A stretch of DNA of 64,000 nt from Felis catus (GCF_018350175.1 NC_058371.1:144708001-144772000); one strand, 5' to 3'. Shown: positions 1 to 14,165, counted from the first letter of the stretch. Translations and numbers: made by a program. Notes: generated by a model not told the origin, from the letters alone.

Positions 1-154
1 GACCCTAGGGTTGCGGGATTGAGCTCTGTGTCCGGCTCCGTGCTGAGCATGGAGGTTGCTTAAGATTCTCTCCCTCTTTCTGCCTTTGTTGCTATCCCCT
101 TCTCTCTCTTGCTCTCAAATAGATAGATAAATAAATAAATAAATAAATAAATAA
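1..154 (+). mobile_element. Older CAN-SINE, 5' part cut by window edge
   Basis: CAN-SINE body, CT-rich segment and (TAAA)n tail. Confidence 0.85.
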
Positions 155-1414
155 AGCGTTTAAAGGGGGAAGCAGGAAGGGCATTGGATTTAGGGTGTTG
201 TCCAATGGGTCACTTAAAAATGCCCTTTGAATCCTGTGAGGTGTGAGGTAATTTGCGCTCTCGTCTGATGATGACTTTTCCTAACACACATACGTTGCAT
301 CGACTGGGCGTAACCGAGTTGCTATATTCATGGCTTCTGCTTGGTATTAAATGGAATAAAAACTGTGGAAGTTGAGATAGATTTGCTGTGCAGGCCGACT
401 GCAGTCTGAGTTGTTAGTGTGGAGGAATCCTTACGTGATCTAACATTGTATGTAAATATCTCACGGCCATCATTTGTCGGGAATGACAGGCCCACGTTCC
501 CCTGTCTTGAGGTGAGTCACATAGTCCAGGCCTTTCCAGAGCGGGAGAGGACAGCCTGCCTCTGCCTCCTACTCCTGGAAGCCTAGTGGGAAGGCCAGGA
601 AACTGTCATCAGAGCTGAATGAGGCCCCTTTAGGAGGATTCACCTTTGACTGTTTCATGACCACCTTCCCACTGAAATGCCATTCTGTGTTTCTGACACT
701 TGACTGGTCCCGTCTCCTAGAGTGCCCGACCCAACACGTTGCTGATGACACAAGCTGATACCTGCTTGACCTTTGGCGATGGAATCTCCACGTAACAATT
801 TGGGGACATTTACAATTGAAGAAGCATTTTCGTGTCCTCGTCTCATTTGATCTTTACACCAAAAACAACCAGAGGGCAGTTATGTGGTATGCACGCCCGG
901 CACTAGTCTAGAACCCATTGTATCCGGATGACGCTATCCATCTAACATACAAGCTACACATCGTTCCCGTTCCCATTTATACAGGAGGATATGAAGCACA
1001 AAGGCATTAAGTAACTGGTCTAAGATTCTGGCTCTATGAGCGTGACCTATGGAAGATCAAGTAATGGTGCCTGGATTGTAGTCGGTAAATACTTGTTGCT
1101 GAAGGAGGTAAACAGAGGGGAGATGGGACAATGATATGTCATTGCATTGCAGAGGAAGCATTGAACTTCATCCTAGCCGTTTTCTACCATCTTTGCTTTC
1201 CCTTGCCGCCTGCCTATGTATTCGTGGCATCCTCAGCTCTGGATACACCTCAGCTTCGTGGATTCCTGGCTCTTTATCCCAGCCAGGAAACCTGCCTGCT
1301 TATATTTTAGGCCCAGGCCATCCTAGCTGATGGTGAACAGTTGGTGGGAATAATGTTCCTAATTGAATCGCAGGCCTATGGCTAAGAATGGCTAAAAAGA
1401 ACATATCCTGAGGC

Positions 1415-1660
1415 GGTATGGTGTTGTGGTCAAGAGTGTAGACTCTGGGATGGGCGATGTCTGGACATGACCCCCTGGTGCGGTGACTTACCAACTCCTT
1501 AACCTTGGGAAAATCTTTTAAACCCCGGGCCTCAGTTTCTTCATCAATAAAGGCCAATAGCGATAGAACCAAGGCTATTGTATGGTTCAATTAGCTAGTG
1601 CATAAAGCACTTAAAATGTGCCCAGAACATGTAAATTCTGGATGAACACGGGCTATTATA
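1415..1660 (+). mobile_element. MIR
   Basis: Recognisable core gcctcagtttcttcatc...aaagcacttaaaatgtgcc; approximate ends. Confidence 0.7.
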
Positions 1661-2764
1661 ATAGATAATAGGAAATCACAGAAGAAATGATTAATTATAA
1701 CCTGTGTATTTTTAAAATTGTGGGTATTTTGATTTGGGGTACTTCTTTCATGTAATCCAGGTCTACCAGTTGATGGGGTAACCGTCTCTTCTCTTTACTG
1801 AGAAAATTCCTTCTCCCACTAGTTATGAAATAGGAACTAGACAAAAATTCTCAAGAGTTCTATTTGACTGCTTTGTTAGAAAGGAACAAATGTAAAAAAA
1901 TAATCCTGCAAAAGCCAAATGCATGTCTGCTTTCTAAAAATGTCTCTATAGATTCTTCTTCATCTGCCAAATTTGATCCCAGTTTTATGCCATGAAAAGC
2001 GTTACAGCGCTCGCCTGGCATTGACACTGAATCCCAACATCTTAAGGTTGAACCAGACCCCAAAGTCATCCTGCACCAGCAAAGAAACATGAAATATTTA
2101 GGAGATCTTCTTAATATTTTAGGTACTCTCATCAAAATGGGGTTATGTCACTTATTTGAATTATACAACTAATTGCCTTAATTAAAAAGAAATAAAACTC
2201 ATCTTGGCAAGATGGATGATAGCACAGTGTCAAAATTTGTTTCTAGCAAATCAGAAAAATGGAAAAATAACTAGAAATTATTTCAGGGAGTGCTCTTGTG
2301 ACAAAATAATTTTTTTCAGGTTATAAAGGGTAAACAGCCATGCATAAATATTGTTGTTCTACAATATTGTCTTGTAACATTGAGGACGTTATTTAATCTC
2401 CTTGTGCTGCATCATCTCATCTATAGAATGATAGTGCTAATGATGTCTGCCATCTAGGGATACAGGATTGTTTTGAGGATAAAATGAGATAATTCAAGGA
2501 AAGATTTTAGCAGAACAATTGGCTACTAAATGTTCAGTATGTTACTAATATTCTCCCAACTTTGTGAAAATGTAGATAGGTTATTTCACAGGTATTGACT
2601 GAAGAGGAGAAATGGAATCATTGTGTTTTGTAAGCCAATTGAAGTATTAGTGTTTGTGCTTTGATCAGAGGAAATTGCTGTAATATTCACCACTGGAAGC
2701 AAAGGGGAAAAAAAAAAACAGGAATCTGCTCCATCAAAACCATGCTTTCAATAGTGCTTTAAAC

Positions 2765-2895
2765 AGTTCCATTGGAATGTAAGTTCCATCATGGCAGAGA
2801 TTTTTGTGTGATTTGTTCATATCTGTATTCCTAGAGCCTAGAACAATGACTGTACATAGTAAGTGCTCAATAAACATTTGTTCAGTAAATGAATC
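2765..2895 (+). mobile_element. L2 3' end
   Basis: catagtaagtgctcaataaacatttgttcagtaaatgaat is the L2 terminal signature. Confidence 0.75.
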
Positions 2896-2972
2896 TGAGT
2901 GCCCATCAAGGAGTCCTCCTAGACCAGTAGCTTCTCATAGTGAATCACAAAGATCGTGATGTAAACTTTGTG

Positions 2973-3001
2973 TACACACACACAGACACACACACACACA
3001 C
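2973..3001. repeat. (CA)n microsatellite, interrupted
   Basis: tacacacacacagacacacacacacacac. Confidence 0.95.
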
Positions 3002-5059
3002 TAGCTTCTATATTCAAAAACAACCCTTTATGTCTTCCAATAACTCTTTATATTTCATCTTCACTGTCTCTGAATTTGAGAACAATGACTTAGGTAATTC
3101 TTCACTTGGATGGAAGCTCTGCCTGGTTTTACTGAGTAAGCTGACCTGATAGAATGAGATTTGCTCATGAAATTTTGGTATTGACTGTCACCACCAGCAA
3201 AACATGAACTTATCTAAAAGCAAGGGTCTCTTGCCCATGGCATAGTGTTGGGGGGGGGGGGGCTGTTGGAAAGTACTCTTTATTTCTAAACCATGTAATG
3301 ATAAAGAAGACATAATCTAAAATTTTTTGCTGGCGTGTGTCTAATAGCATTATAAAATGTGTCTAATACTGTGTTTAGCCTTAAGGAGAATGGTCTAAGT
3401 ATCTCATTGTCTCTCCACAAAGAGTTTGCATTATAATGGGAAAAATGTTCATCAGAAATAAATACCTAATAATGTTCAAATTACATAGTAAAACCTAAAT
3501 ATGACCTCAGAGAAGGAGAATCTGTTATGGGCTGGAGGGATTGGGGAAAAAAAATCATGAAGGAAATAGGGACCTGCGTTAGTTTTTTCCATGATGGTGG
3601 TGGAGGAAACAATGGGAGAAAAATTAGAAAGTGGACAAATTAATAATTACCTTTTCTTTGTGGGTGCAGCAGAGAGTGAGCAGACCCAAATGTCTAGAAC
3701 AAAGAGGTAATTTTGTTTGGTATTGAGGGAAATGTTGACTGGATAAGGACCTGGTTTCCAGGATGAGAATATTAGTTAGGATCCTGAATTCTTGATGCAG
3801 TGCCATTTTTGCAGGATTTTCTAAGAATTAGAGCCAGAAGACTTTGTAATTTAGATAAATACATGCATTTAGTTATATGTTAAGACTTTAACTTTAAAAT
3901 GTTACATGGTCTCCTACCTGGGGAACTTGTTTGAATACTATGGAAACATCCAGATGCCATTGGATGCCAGATGCCATGCAGTAGCATGCCCTGTAGCTTG
4001 GTGAACAGCTGACCTCGTCCCTGTTTAAGTCCAGATTAGAGGCTGACCTGAGTGGTTTGTTTCTCATTCCTAACCATGTACTGCTAGGCTTTCCATGGCT
4101 GAGGGTGGCTTATAATCATGAGGTAGCCCCAGGCCCATCTTAGAGTAGCGAATGCATTTGGTGAAAGAGGCTAATCCAAGAGGACCGATTCAAGAGCGTT
4201 AACTCCTGACCATAGAACGTTTAGAGAAAAACAGAAGTGAATGAGCTTAATGTGCCTAGCTCTTGACAGAGAGAAAGCACATTAATGGAAAATTGGTGGA
4301 GTTAGAACGAAGTCTTGAGTTTATTTATTCTTCTCACTGGCTCCCCCACCCCCGTTTTCTATGACAGCTTCATTCTCTAACATTAAAGATGTCATTTAAT
4401 GCCTAACTCATGTCAGAAGGCCTCCTTCTTGGGAGCGTAATAATAATGGATAATGGGTAGTTATTGTAGTATGTTCAATAGGGGATTAATACAAGGAATG
4501 CAGTGGTTTTAAGATTGCTTTTCATTTGCAGAATGGATCAGATGAGGAGAGGTTAACAAGAGGCAAAGCAGAAGCTACTGTTCTAGGCTAGGAAGTAGCC
4601 TAGAAAGTCTGGGCCAGGCATCGGAGAGAAAAGAATAAATTCAATAAATACTTTTAAGTAAGAATTTATGAGACATAATGACAAGTCATGTGTAGGTAAG
4701 AAAGGGGAAAGAGGAATGAATTAAAGTTGTCTCCAAGACTGTTAACCTGAAAGAGAAAAAGAATTTATGATGCCAGATGTGAAATAAAGCTGCTTTTTGT
4801 TTTTTGGGGGTTTTGTTTGTTTGTTTTTTGTTTTTTTGGTGGGGATGTGAAATGCTTTTGAGACATTCAAATGTCTTACTTATGAGCATTTGGAAATGTG
4901 GAAATTGACTTCAAGTTAGAGCAGTGGATCCCAAATCTGATTGTTCTCCCAAAAAATGTAAAAGGTACAAATTATCAGTCCTCTTCCTAGACCTATTAAA
5001 GTCTGGTAGAGATGTCCCTATGAAACTAAATTTTTAAAGACTTTCCAGGAGAAAAAAAA

Positions 5060-5760
5060 CCCCAAGTATTTCTTACGGAATAATTGCAAATAATATATGT
5101 AGATTTTCCCCCAAGTAGGGAGTAGAGATTAATTCCTTGCTCCTTTTGAGTGTAGGCTAGTTTTAGTGACTTGTTCCCAAAGAATAGAGTATGAACAGGA
5201 GAAAGAAAATGGTATCTTTATAGTGTAAAAATCTGGCAAATGCTACTTTAACTAAGTGGCCAGGATTAACATAACAGGGTTAATGATGTCATATAGATAT
5301 CATGTATCTTTCGTATAATGTGATGAGGGGAACACTTCTCTTTAGTGTTGTTCCTAAAATCCATAATCCCAATCCAATCATTACAAAAATACCAGTCAAA
5401 CCCAACATTGAAGGGAATTCTACAAAATACCTGACCAGTACACATCAACTTTGTCAATGAAATCATAAAACTAGCAAAACAAAGCACAGAAAGAATAGAA
5501 CCTGTCACAGACCACAGGAGACTAGGAAGCTTGACAGAGAGAAAGCACATTAATGGAAAATTGGTGGCATTAGAACGAAGTCTTGAGTTTAGTTAACAGT
5601 AATATACCAATGTTGGTTCTTCATTTTGATAAATATACCACCTCGAATGATGACATTAGAAGAAAGAAAAGTGGGTGAGGGGAGTACAGGGGTACAGGAA
5701 TGCTCTGTATTTGCAACTAGTCTATAAACCCAACATTATTGTGAAATAAAAAGTCTAGTA
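5060..5760 (+). mobile_element. L1MC-type LINE-1 3' UTR relic
   Basis: Resembles the L1MC 3' end (ggaattctacaaaatacctgaccagtac...gtttagttaacagtaatataccaatgttgg). Subfamily by eye. Confidence 0.7.
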
Positions 5761-5984
5761 CAAAAAAAAAGAGGCTTTATAGGAAATTCTAATGGCTACC
5801 TAGTTTGGACAGTCACCTGGTCAGAAAATACGGCTAAAAGCATAAAGTAATTATTTAGCTGATTATAATTTCAGGATCTACCACAGTGCCTAGCACATGA
5901 TAAATTCTCAGCCATTATTTATTTAAATACTGAGTCCATGGGTATTTTGTGATATTGTCTGGCATTGCGAAAAAGAATACCAAG

Positions 5985-6235
5985 GCAAAATCATGGCGAT
6001 AGAAAGTAGAATGGTGGTTGCCAGGGGCTGGAAGAGGCGAGAATGGGGAGGCATTATTTACTAGGTAAAGCATTTCAGTTTTGCAAGATGAAAAAAGTTC
6101 TAGAGAGGGATGGCGGTTATGGTTGTACAATGGTATGAATATGTGTAGTAGCACTGGGCTGAACACTTAAAGATGGCTAAGATAAAGAATTTTATGTTAT
6201 GTGTGTTTTACCACAATAAAAACATTTGGGAAAAA
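5985..6235 (+). mobile_element. L1MB-type LINE-1 3' end
   Basis: gatagaaagtagaatggtggttgccaggggctgg...tttcagttttgcaagatgaaaaaagttctagag...caataaaa. Confidence 0.8.
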
Positions 6236-7484
6236 AAAGACTGAGAGTAGAGTGCTGGTGGCACCAATTTTTGTGGTGTGGGAGACAGGAAAAGGGTTGG
6301 AAGAGTTGAGTGAAAAAGGAAGGACAAGTCAGGAAGCCAAGAATGGGGGTGGATTTTAGATGGAAGATTTGGGAAGGTCAACCATATCAAATACTGTGGA
6401 GGTGGAGGAGGCTGAGGATCAAGAAGATGCCACCGGTGGGTGAGCTATGAGGAAATCACTGGTGCTCTTACAAAGTCCGAGACAAGACACTGGTGGTAAC
6501 TGAAGACCCCCCCCCACCCACACACACACACATGACTGAGAGGATAGAAGTTGAAACGGTGGGTAGAAAAGACAAAAGTTTGGCTTATGAGAGCCGATTT
6601 CACCCCACTGAAAAGTTGTCTCAACAAAGGTTTCCTCTGTGCAGTTCAGAGGGCACAACTTGGATTAAAGAACTAAAATTCCAGGAAGACATCTCTCACC
6701 TTAATTTTCTCTCGTGTGGAGCTTTGGAAAAAGTGGAATCAGCTGCTTGGGATGCGGTGGCTTCCCATGCCTGGACATGTTTATGGTCTGCTTACACTTA
6801 TGGAAGTTGTGTAAAAATGATTCCCGAGTTAGGTAGGAAGTGTGTCAAATGACCAGCAAGGGTTCCTGTGTCTCTGTGAACATACGTCATGTTACTGCAC
6901 TTTGGGAATGCTTTGGAGTTTGGAAGATAGGGTTTTAAATCAAGACACTGTCAGAGGACCTCTCTGAGAAGAGAAGAGGCGGGACACTTGGAGCCTTGTG
7001 AACCAATGGTGTTGAATTTTGAAAAGTAGCTTGAGTTTTTCCTTCCTAAACTGTATTCAGCGACCTGTCTTCTCATGAATGGAGATATCAAGGTTAACAT
7101 CATCAGTGATGTCATGTGGGTATCATGTACTCGTCACATGATGTAATAAGAGGATATTTTGGGATTTAGAACCAGTCCTATGCCCAGGCTATTTTGATCT
7201 TCTATTTTACCATTTATTAGCACAGTGATTTATCAGTGGGGATCTGATTATGAATGCAAAAAAAAAAAAAAAAAAAAAAAGAAAGAAAGAAAACCCAAAA
7301 CCTCTGGCATAATTTTAACTGATAAATTATATTGACAAAAGTTTCAACTGTGATTCTTTCAGGAGACACATGTTTAACATTGCCATCCTTTGTTAGGAAA
7401 CATCTATGTGAAAATCCTGTAATCACTTTTAGATACCTGACAATTGTAATGGAGGGTACAAACAGTGATTGAATGTGTGATTTA

Positions 7485-7702
7485 AAATTTTTTTTTCAAC
7501 TTTTTTTATTTATTTTTGGGACAGAGAGAGACAGAGCATGAACGGGGGAGGGGCAGAGAGAGAGGGAGACACAGAATGGGAAACAGGCTCCAGGCTCCGA
7601 GCCATCAGCCCAGAGCCCGACGCGGGGCTCGAACTCACGGACCGCGAGATCGTGACCTGGCTGAAGTCGGCCGCTTAACCGACTGCGCCACCCAGGCGCC
7701 CC
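7485..7702 (-). mobile_element. Young felid SINEC_Fc1
   Basis: Full length; 15-nt TSD tgaatgtgtgattta at 7470-84 and 7703-17. Confidence 0.97.
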
Positions 7703-9240
7703 TGAATGTGTGATTTAGATGCGAGAAGAAACTACACCCAAGAATAAGCTATGCTTCCCATTTGCCTTTGCAGAAGTCCAACAAAGGAAACCCGTCCCTT
7801 TTTCTTACTGGTGTCTATCCATCAGCATTCACCACTATTGAATACTTCTTAAGTGGTTTTCTAGACTGGTCAGATCCTTCTGTTGGGAATCTGTCTTTCA
7901 GGATGTGGTGAACAGACACTACAAAGCTTCGTCTGGAAATATGTGGTGTGACCATGTCTTAATGCATCTTATTTTCCTAGGTCACACAAGGAAATCAATT
8001 GAATTATTGCACAGTCACACTGTGCACATCAAGAAGGCCCTTGTTCTTAATACCCTTGGTGGAATTCTTCCCTCCAGCTGGACAACTTTACTCATTATCT
8101 CCCAAACACACTACACTCATTTCTATGTCATTGCCTTTGATTCAGTTTAGTTCCCAATCTCTGAAACTTTTCCCTATGATTTCTCCAGCTTAACACATTG
8201 CCTCTTTTTGGGGTTCCAATAGAATCTGTTTTCTATATGCCTGACACTTAAACTATATGGCCTAATGTTTCTTTCTTTCTTTATACTTTTAGTCTCTGCA
8301 AATAGTTTTATTGGTAAAGAAAATAATTTATTAATGTTAAGTTGGATTGGCTTTCCCTAACACATTTTTTAAGACCCTAAATTCTGGGGCTTTTTCAGGT
8401 TGGGTAAGCATCTACTCTAAAATTCTATGTTCTTTTCCTTGCCATTATTAAAGTTTGGTGACTGTTTCGTCATGGGTCAGAGGCTGTGTTATCACTAAAT
8501 CCAGAGGCCAACTCCACATTTTCTCCTCATTTTGCAATCGGATAATCCTCCCTGATAACAAATTGTTCTTTTGGTTGGTTCCTTTCGCCTCCTCTCTATG
8601 AACTACTATGGAAATTCAGTGAGCCAAGAGCTTTTCATTTAAAGTATTATAATGTCTGACTGTCTGGAATGGTCTTATCATAAAGGAATGGGAATCAAAA
8701 AGTCAAGTTTTGACAACTGATGATTTCTAAGAAACTAGCTCTAGGTTATTATGGGGCTCCCATTCAATTTAGTCATTGTCACAGATTTAATAATGGTCAT
8801 GGTGAGAAAAAAAAGAGGTTGATTTACTGGCAAAGGCATTATTGTAGTGTTGACAGTTTTCAGATATATTAGTTATTTATGTGTGACAGGTTGTTAAATT
8901 ATTTCCCTCTCTGGGCTTTAAAATATGAGATTGTGGAGTACTCTTATCAAAAAAGTGTTATCCATCATTCCTTAGCCTTTCTTAAATAACAAGATACTGT
9001 TTCTGCCATTTGGGGTAAAATTTTACATTGGAGAAGGATAGAGTTTATATTTTAGTTTCTTAATTTTGAATGAACATAAAGTATTTGTGAGGACCCCTTA
9101 TTTTTTTCTGTCCTATCGCTGCTTCTCTTCCTAGCTCTGAAAATCCAGAAGCCTGTCCTTGAGTTTTATAGCATATGCAGTTTTCCAGGTGATTTGAGAG
9201 ATCTTGGAAAAATAGATCCTTATCTTAGAACATGTCTTTC

Positions 9241-10056
9241 TGTGAGATGTCCTGATGCCCCAAACCCTCACTGTCCTGGGACGCAGATGTTACACCCCTC
9301 TTAAGAGTCTTCGACTATTTCCCTTGTCTCTGCTCAACTCCCTACCCATAGCAGACTGCCGTTCTTTTTTCTTTTAAAGTAAGCGTTTGTGTTTTTTTTT
9401 AATGTTTATTTATTTATTTTTGAGATAGAGAGAGAGAGAGAGAGAGGCAGAGAGAGAGGGAAATAGAGAACCCCAAGCAGGCTCCACATTGTCAGTGTAG
9501 AACCCGATGAGGGACTCAAACTCATGAACCATGAGATCGTGACTTGAGCTGAAAACAAAAGTCAGATGCTTACCTATCTGAGCCACCCAGGCACACCTAG
9601 GTTGCCCTGTTTTTGGACTTGGATAACACCATGTCCCAGGACATCAGTTCTGGCCTCTCATTCAGCAGGGGCCAGAGATGGAAGGAGTTAGCACTCATTA
9701 TAGGGAATTTTGTCCAGGAAATGGGTGATGAAAGTGATTGAGGCAGATAAATTTCTCCTTCATCCTTTTTTCCATGATCTACTTCAAGATGCATTCTTGA
9801 AAAATGCTTTGTATAGCTTATGTATGAGTGAACATGTTGTCTGAGCAAATTTCAGTGTCTTTTTGTGATGCAACTTGGAGCTGCATCAGTGTGATGAGTA
9901 CACACATTGCATTCATTGCTTTGCCTTCTTCTTTGCTTCATTTCCTTTTTTTTTTTTTTCATTATCATGACCCCAGAGCATGTACCTCCCAAATAAAGTC
10001 ATAATCCCTTCATTTGTATCTCAGACTTTGCTTTCTAGAAGACTCAGGTTGAAGCA
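9241..10056 (+). mobile_element. ERVL LTR16-like solo LTR interrupted by a SINE
   Basis: Starts TGT; ends ctcccaaataaag...tctcagactttgctttctagaagactcaggttgaagCA, similar to LTR16/33 3' ends. Family by eye. Confidence 0.6.
9392..9597 (-). mobile_element. Older CAN-SINE
   Basis: Poly-T, (GA)n, then ...tgagccacccaggcac. Confidence 0.9.
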
Positions 10057-11090
10057 CTTGATTTTAGAGTATTTGAGTTAAGCCATTTCTCTCCTTGTAT
10101 ATCTGCACTGAAAGCAAATACACTTGGAAAGGAAATTATATTTAAAAGCTATCCTCTATTTGGAGGAATTTCAGGCCAGGACAGAGATTCTGGTTTATAG
10201 GAGGGCAAAACAACAATGGAAAAAGAGGTAGTTAACAAAAAATGCTGGAAGAGAACACTAGTGTCAACTTCACCTATTTCAGTTTTTGTCTCAGTCAACC
10301 ACAAGCCCACGGTGATAAACATCATTCCATTCCCTAATAGTTTTTTCGACTGCATGTTAAACATTATTTCTTTTTTCACCTTAGAAAATTCTCTCTGTAT
10401 AGTACGCATACTCAGGATTCTGTTTTTCTTCTTGACAATGAAGATACAATGAGAAAATCCCCCAGATCCTGATAGCTTTTACTCTGAATGTTGATTAAAA
10501 CTTTGAAGACTGTATGAACTTTATTTTTTTTAACTAGAGATATGATTTATAATCCACTTGGTTGTTAGACAGTACCACCCCAAGGATCTGCCTTTATCTC
10601 TTGTTTTTGTATCACTGAATCACTTAACCAACCAACTGAATCAGTAATCCCATCAGACATACACAGTATGCTAAGTCAGGAGCAGAAGTGTCCTGAGAAT
10701 ACAAAGAAGCATACAAGTAGAAGATGCCATATTTCTATTCATCAATTAAAAATTCTGGAAAGGAACAGTGCGGGGGGAAGGCCAACATACAGTTTTGCCT
10801 CGCTAAGTACATACATACAATTACACTGTAGGAATGTGGTGTGGTATGCATACATATATGTGTATGTATCTTTTGTACTTTATTTCATAGCCATGTGTTA
10901 TACATGGATCAAATCACAGCATAGGTGTAGAAAAATGCCAATATCCACTTATGAGAATGATAATTTACTGTTTTACCAGAGTAATTAGAATTCTCTTTTT
11001 TACTTCAGGTCTTTATAGCTGCCACCGTGGGGAGTACCTACCCTGTGCCAGGCATTACCAAGGTTAATAATTCATAATTTATTTTTCTTT

Positions 11091-11313
11091 TTTTTTTTTA
11101 ATTTTTTTTTCAACGTTTATTTATTTTTGGGACAGAGAGAGACAGAGCATGAACGGGGGAGGGGCAGAGAGAGAGGTAGACACAGAATCGGAAACAGGCT
11201 CCAGGCTCTGAGCCATCAGCCCAGAGCCTGATGCGGGGCTCGAACTCACGGACCGCGAGATCGTGACCTGGCTGAAGTCGGACGCTTAACCGACTGCGCC
11301 ACCCAGGCGCCCC
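11091..11313 (-). mobile_element. Young felid SINEC_Fc1
   Basis: 15-nt TSD aatttatttttcttt at 11076-90 and 11314-28. Confidence 0.97.
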
Positions 11314-11752
11314 AATTTATTTTTCTTTAAGCACATAGCTCTATCTCTACCATGTAAGTTACTTACAGTTTACAGATGGAGACCCTGAAGTTCAATGTTC
11401 AGTGTCTTAATCATAATCACAAAGCTAGTGATGAGAAGGTGTATCCAGGATTCAAATGCAGTGCCATTTGACTCCAAACTTACTCTTTCCCCATTAATCT
11501 GTACTGCTCCTTTCTAATATAAATAGAATTTTAGGGATTTGACTATGAAATATTCTTCCAGTTTCTGCTTACATTCGTAGATCGATAAATTCTCNNNNNN
11601 NNNNNNNNNNNNNNNNNNNNNNNNNNNNNNNNNNNNNNNNNNNNNNNNNNNNNNNNNNNNNNNNNNNNNNNNNNNNNNNNNNNNNNNNNNNNNNNNNNNN
11701 NNNNNNNNNNNNNNNNNNNNNNNNNNNNNNNNNNNNNNNNNNNNNNNNNNNN

Positions 11753-11972
11753 CAAGTGAGTGAGGGGCAGAAAGAGAGAGAGAGAAAGAGAGAGAGAGAG
11801 GGCGAATTCCATGAGGGGCAGAAAGAGAGAGAGAAGTGGGGCTTCCCTAAAGCAGGGCTCACCCAAAGCGGGGCATGAGCTCTCCAGAAGCAGGACTCGA
11901 GCTCCCCAACTGTGAGATCATGACCTGAGCTGAAGTCAGACACTTAAACTGAATGAGCCATCCAGGCACCCC
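11753..11972 (-). mobile_element. CAN-SINE variant with extra internal segment, tail in gap
   Basis: tRNA-like head (catccaggcacccc) plus atypical gcagggctcacccaaagcggggcatgagctc segment. Confidence 0.85.
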
Positions 11973-13281
11973 TACAGTTGGACTTTCTAGTGGGGCATGG
12001 AGTGTGGTTCAAATCCTAAAATCAGATATATATGATGTCGTAAGAAATCATTGGATTTGAAGTTGTCCTACATCATCAGAATACAGATGAATGGCCATTT
12101 TGTGATAATGTTATATTTTTTATTTTTAAAATATAAAATGCTCTTGGCTCTAAAAATGGAAAATTCAGCTCAGAGATGAGGCAAACACAACGCACATGAC
12201 TGTTTAGGTTGGTCACATTTGATTTTTTGAAATAGTTGACCCAGCTGGCGTATAACTTACCTCAGCATTTAGCAGTTAGCTGTGAGACAGTGGGTCATGC
12301 TCCTTGTCAAGCTGTGTCTCTTTCAATGCTTATATTGTTCCCAATGACTTCATTCTCCGTGCTGGCTGACAGGGATAATACTTTTAGTAAATTCAGTCAT
12401 TTTTAATTTGAGCATCTTGTAAATGGAGCTTTGACGCACGAAAGTAGAATTGGGTGCTTTTCTTTTTTATCTTTAATGTTATGAGTACGGTGGATATTTA
12501 AAAGCTAGCACCAGAAATACTCAATTCCAGTCACTTTGCAAACAACTGATCTAACGTTATTTTGTTTTGTTTTGTCTTTATCGCGTTAATGCATCTTTCA
12601 GAAATTCTGCCGGCCACATGAAGTAGGTTGGATGAAAGAATAAAAAAGGAAAAAGACTGTGAAATATATGAATGATAGGTGACATCTAATATAGTTTTAA
12701 AAGGGACATCTAAAAAGTTTAGAACTATTTTTTAGGTAAAAAGTAAAATATGAAACAAAACAGAACAATGACAAAAAAGAACAAATAGACCATCAATATA
12801 CCACTTCCCAGTAGTACAAGAGATTTAGCAGTTTCCTTTAATTGTACGGAGACTAAAACCCCCGTGTTTAATCAGACAGCCAAAAATGGCCAACGTGCTA
12901 TGGGGCTGCATTACCAGAAATAAGGTGCCCTCAATTTGGGGGCTGAGAGCCCCATTCTATTCTGTCTTTGCCAGACCATGTGAAATGGCACCTTGGTTTG
13001 ACCTTACATATAGAGGACCGTGGCAAGGCTTATAAGGGTCTTGATGATGACAGGGAAAATGTACTTGAAGGATCCAGGATGTCTAGCCTGAAGAGGAATT
13101 CTTTCAGGGAGACTTGATAGCTGGTTTCAGATAGATGAGAACCTGTCATGGGAAAGAGTAGATTTATTCCAGGTGATTCTAATGAGCAGAGTAAAATTAC
13201 AGGAAGGCAAAACCCAGCTTCACATAAAGAAGCATTTATAGAGCTTAAGACATAGGTGCTTAATAAACGTTTTGACAAAGA

Positions 13282-13505
13282 TTTTTTTAATGTTTATTTT
13301 TGAGAAAAAGAGAGAGAGAGAGAGAGAAAGAGAGAGGGGAGTGCACAGGGGAGAGGCAGAAAGAGAGGAAGACACAGAATCAGAAGCAGGCTCCAGGCTC
13401 TGAGCTGTTAGCACAGAGCTGGAAGCAGGGCTCGAACCCACCAACCAGGAGATCATGACCTGAGCCAAAGTCGGATACTTAACCAACTGAGCCACCAAGG
13501 CACTC
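13282..13505 (-). mobile_element. Felid CAN-SINE (Fc2-like)
   Basis: Full-length antisense copy (gacacagaatcagaagcaggctccaggctctgagctg). Confidence 0.93.
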
Positions 13506-14165
13506 AATAATCTTTCTGAATGAAGGAAGGACTGCAGTTGAAAGAATGGATGGATGGTCTCATTGAAGTGGACTGCCTTAGAAGAGAGTGAATACTCTCT
13601 CTACTGAAATTTTAAAGGCCAACTTGATGAACTCTCCCGGAGGATGATTTTAGTTGGTTGGTAGGATATTTTAATACGTGTAAAATGCTTACTAATTCTG
13701 GAACTGAAATTTAACAAAATTTGTGACTCTTCTGAATGAAAATCTTGTTATGTTTTCCACATCTGAGTACGATATTTTCTTTCATTTTCTCTAAAGTAGA
13801 AACCATACTTTCTCTGATGCAAATAAGGATTATTTTAATAACATGTTGTTTTAAACAAATTCTTTTACTCTATTATTTCATTTAATTTTAACGAACTAGA
13901 TTATTGGATGGGCAGAGAACCTATGATTCTAATTTTTCTTGAGGGAAAAGGTCAGGAGAGGTTGCTAATTAGCTCAAGGTCACATAGTGAATTAATGACT
14001 GAGTTCAATGATCTTTCCGTAAGATAATGGAACTCTCCTTAAGAAAATTTTTAAGAAGCCAAAATTTGAGCCTTCAAGGTTGTGTGACTGATTTATATTA
14101 AAACAACACATTCAAAATGAAAGCTGTATTTTAGAGAAAAAATATTAAAACAGGTTGGAGAGATT

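Noticed and set aside
7090-7155. Similarity to 5270-5330
   Set aside because: Both look like diverged L1MC fragments; low identity indicates shared repeat ancestry, unlike the 62-bp copy.
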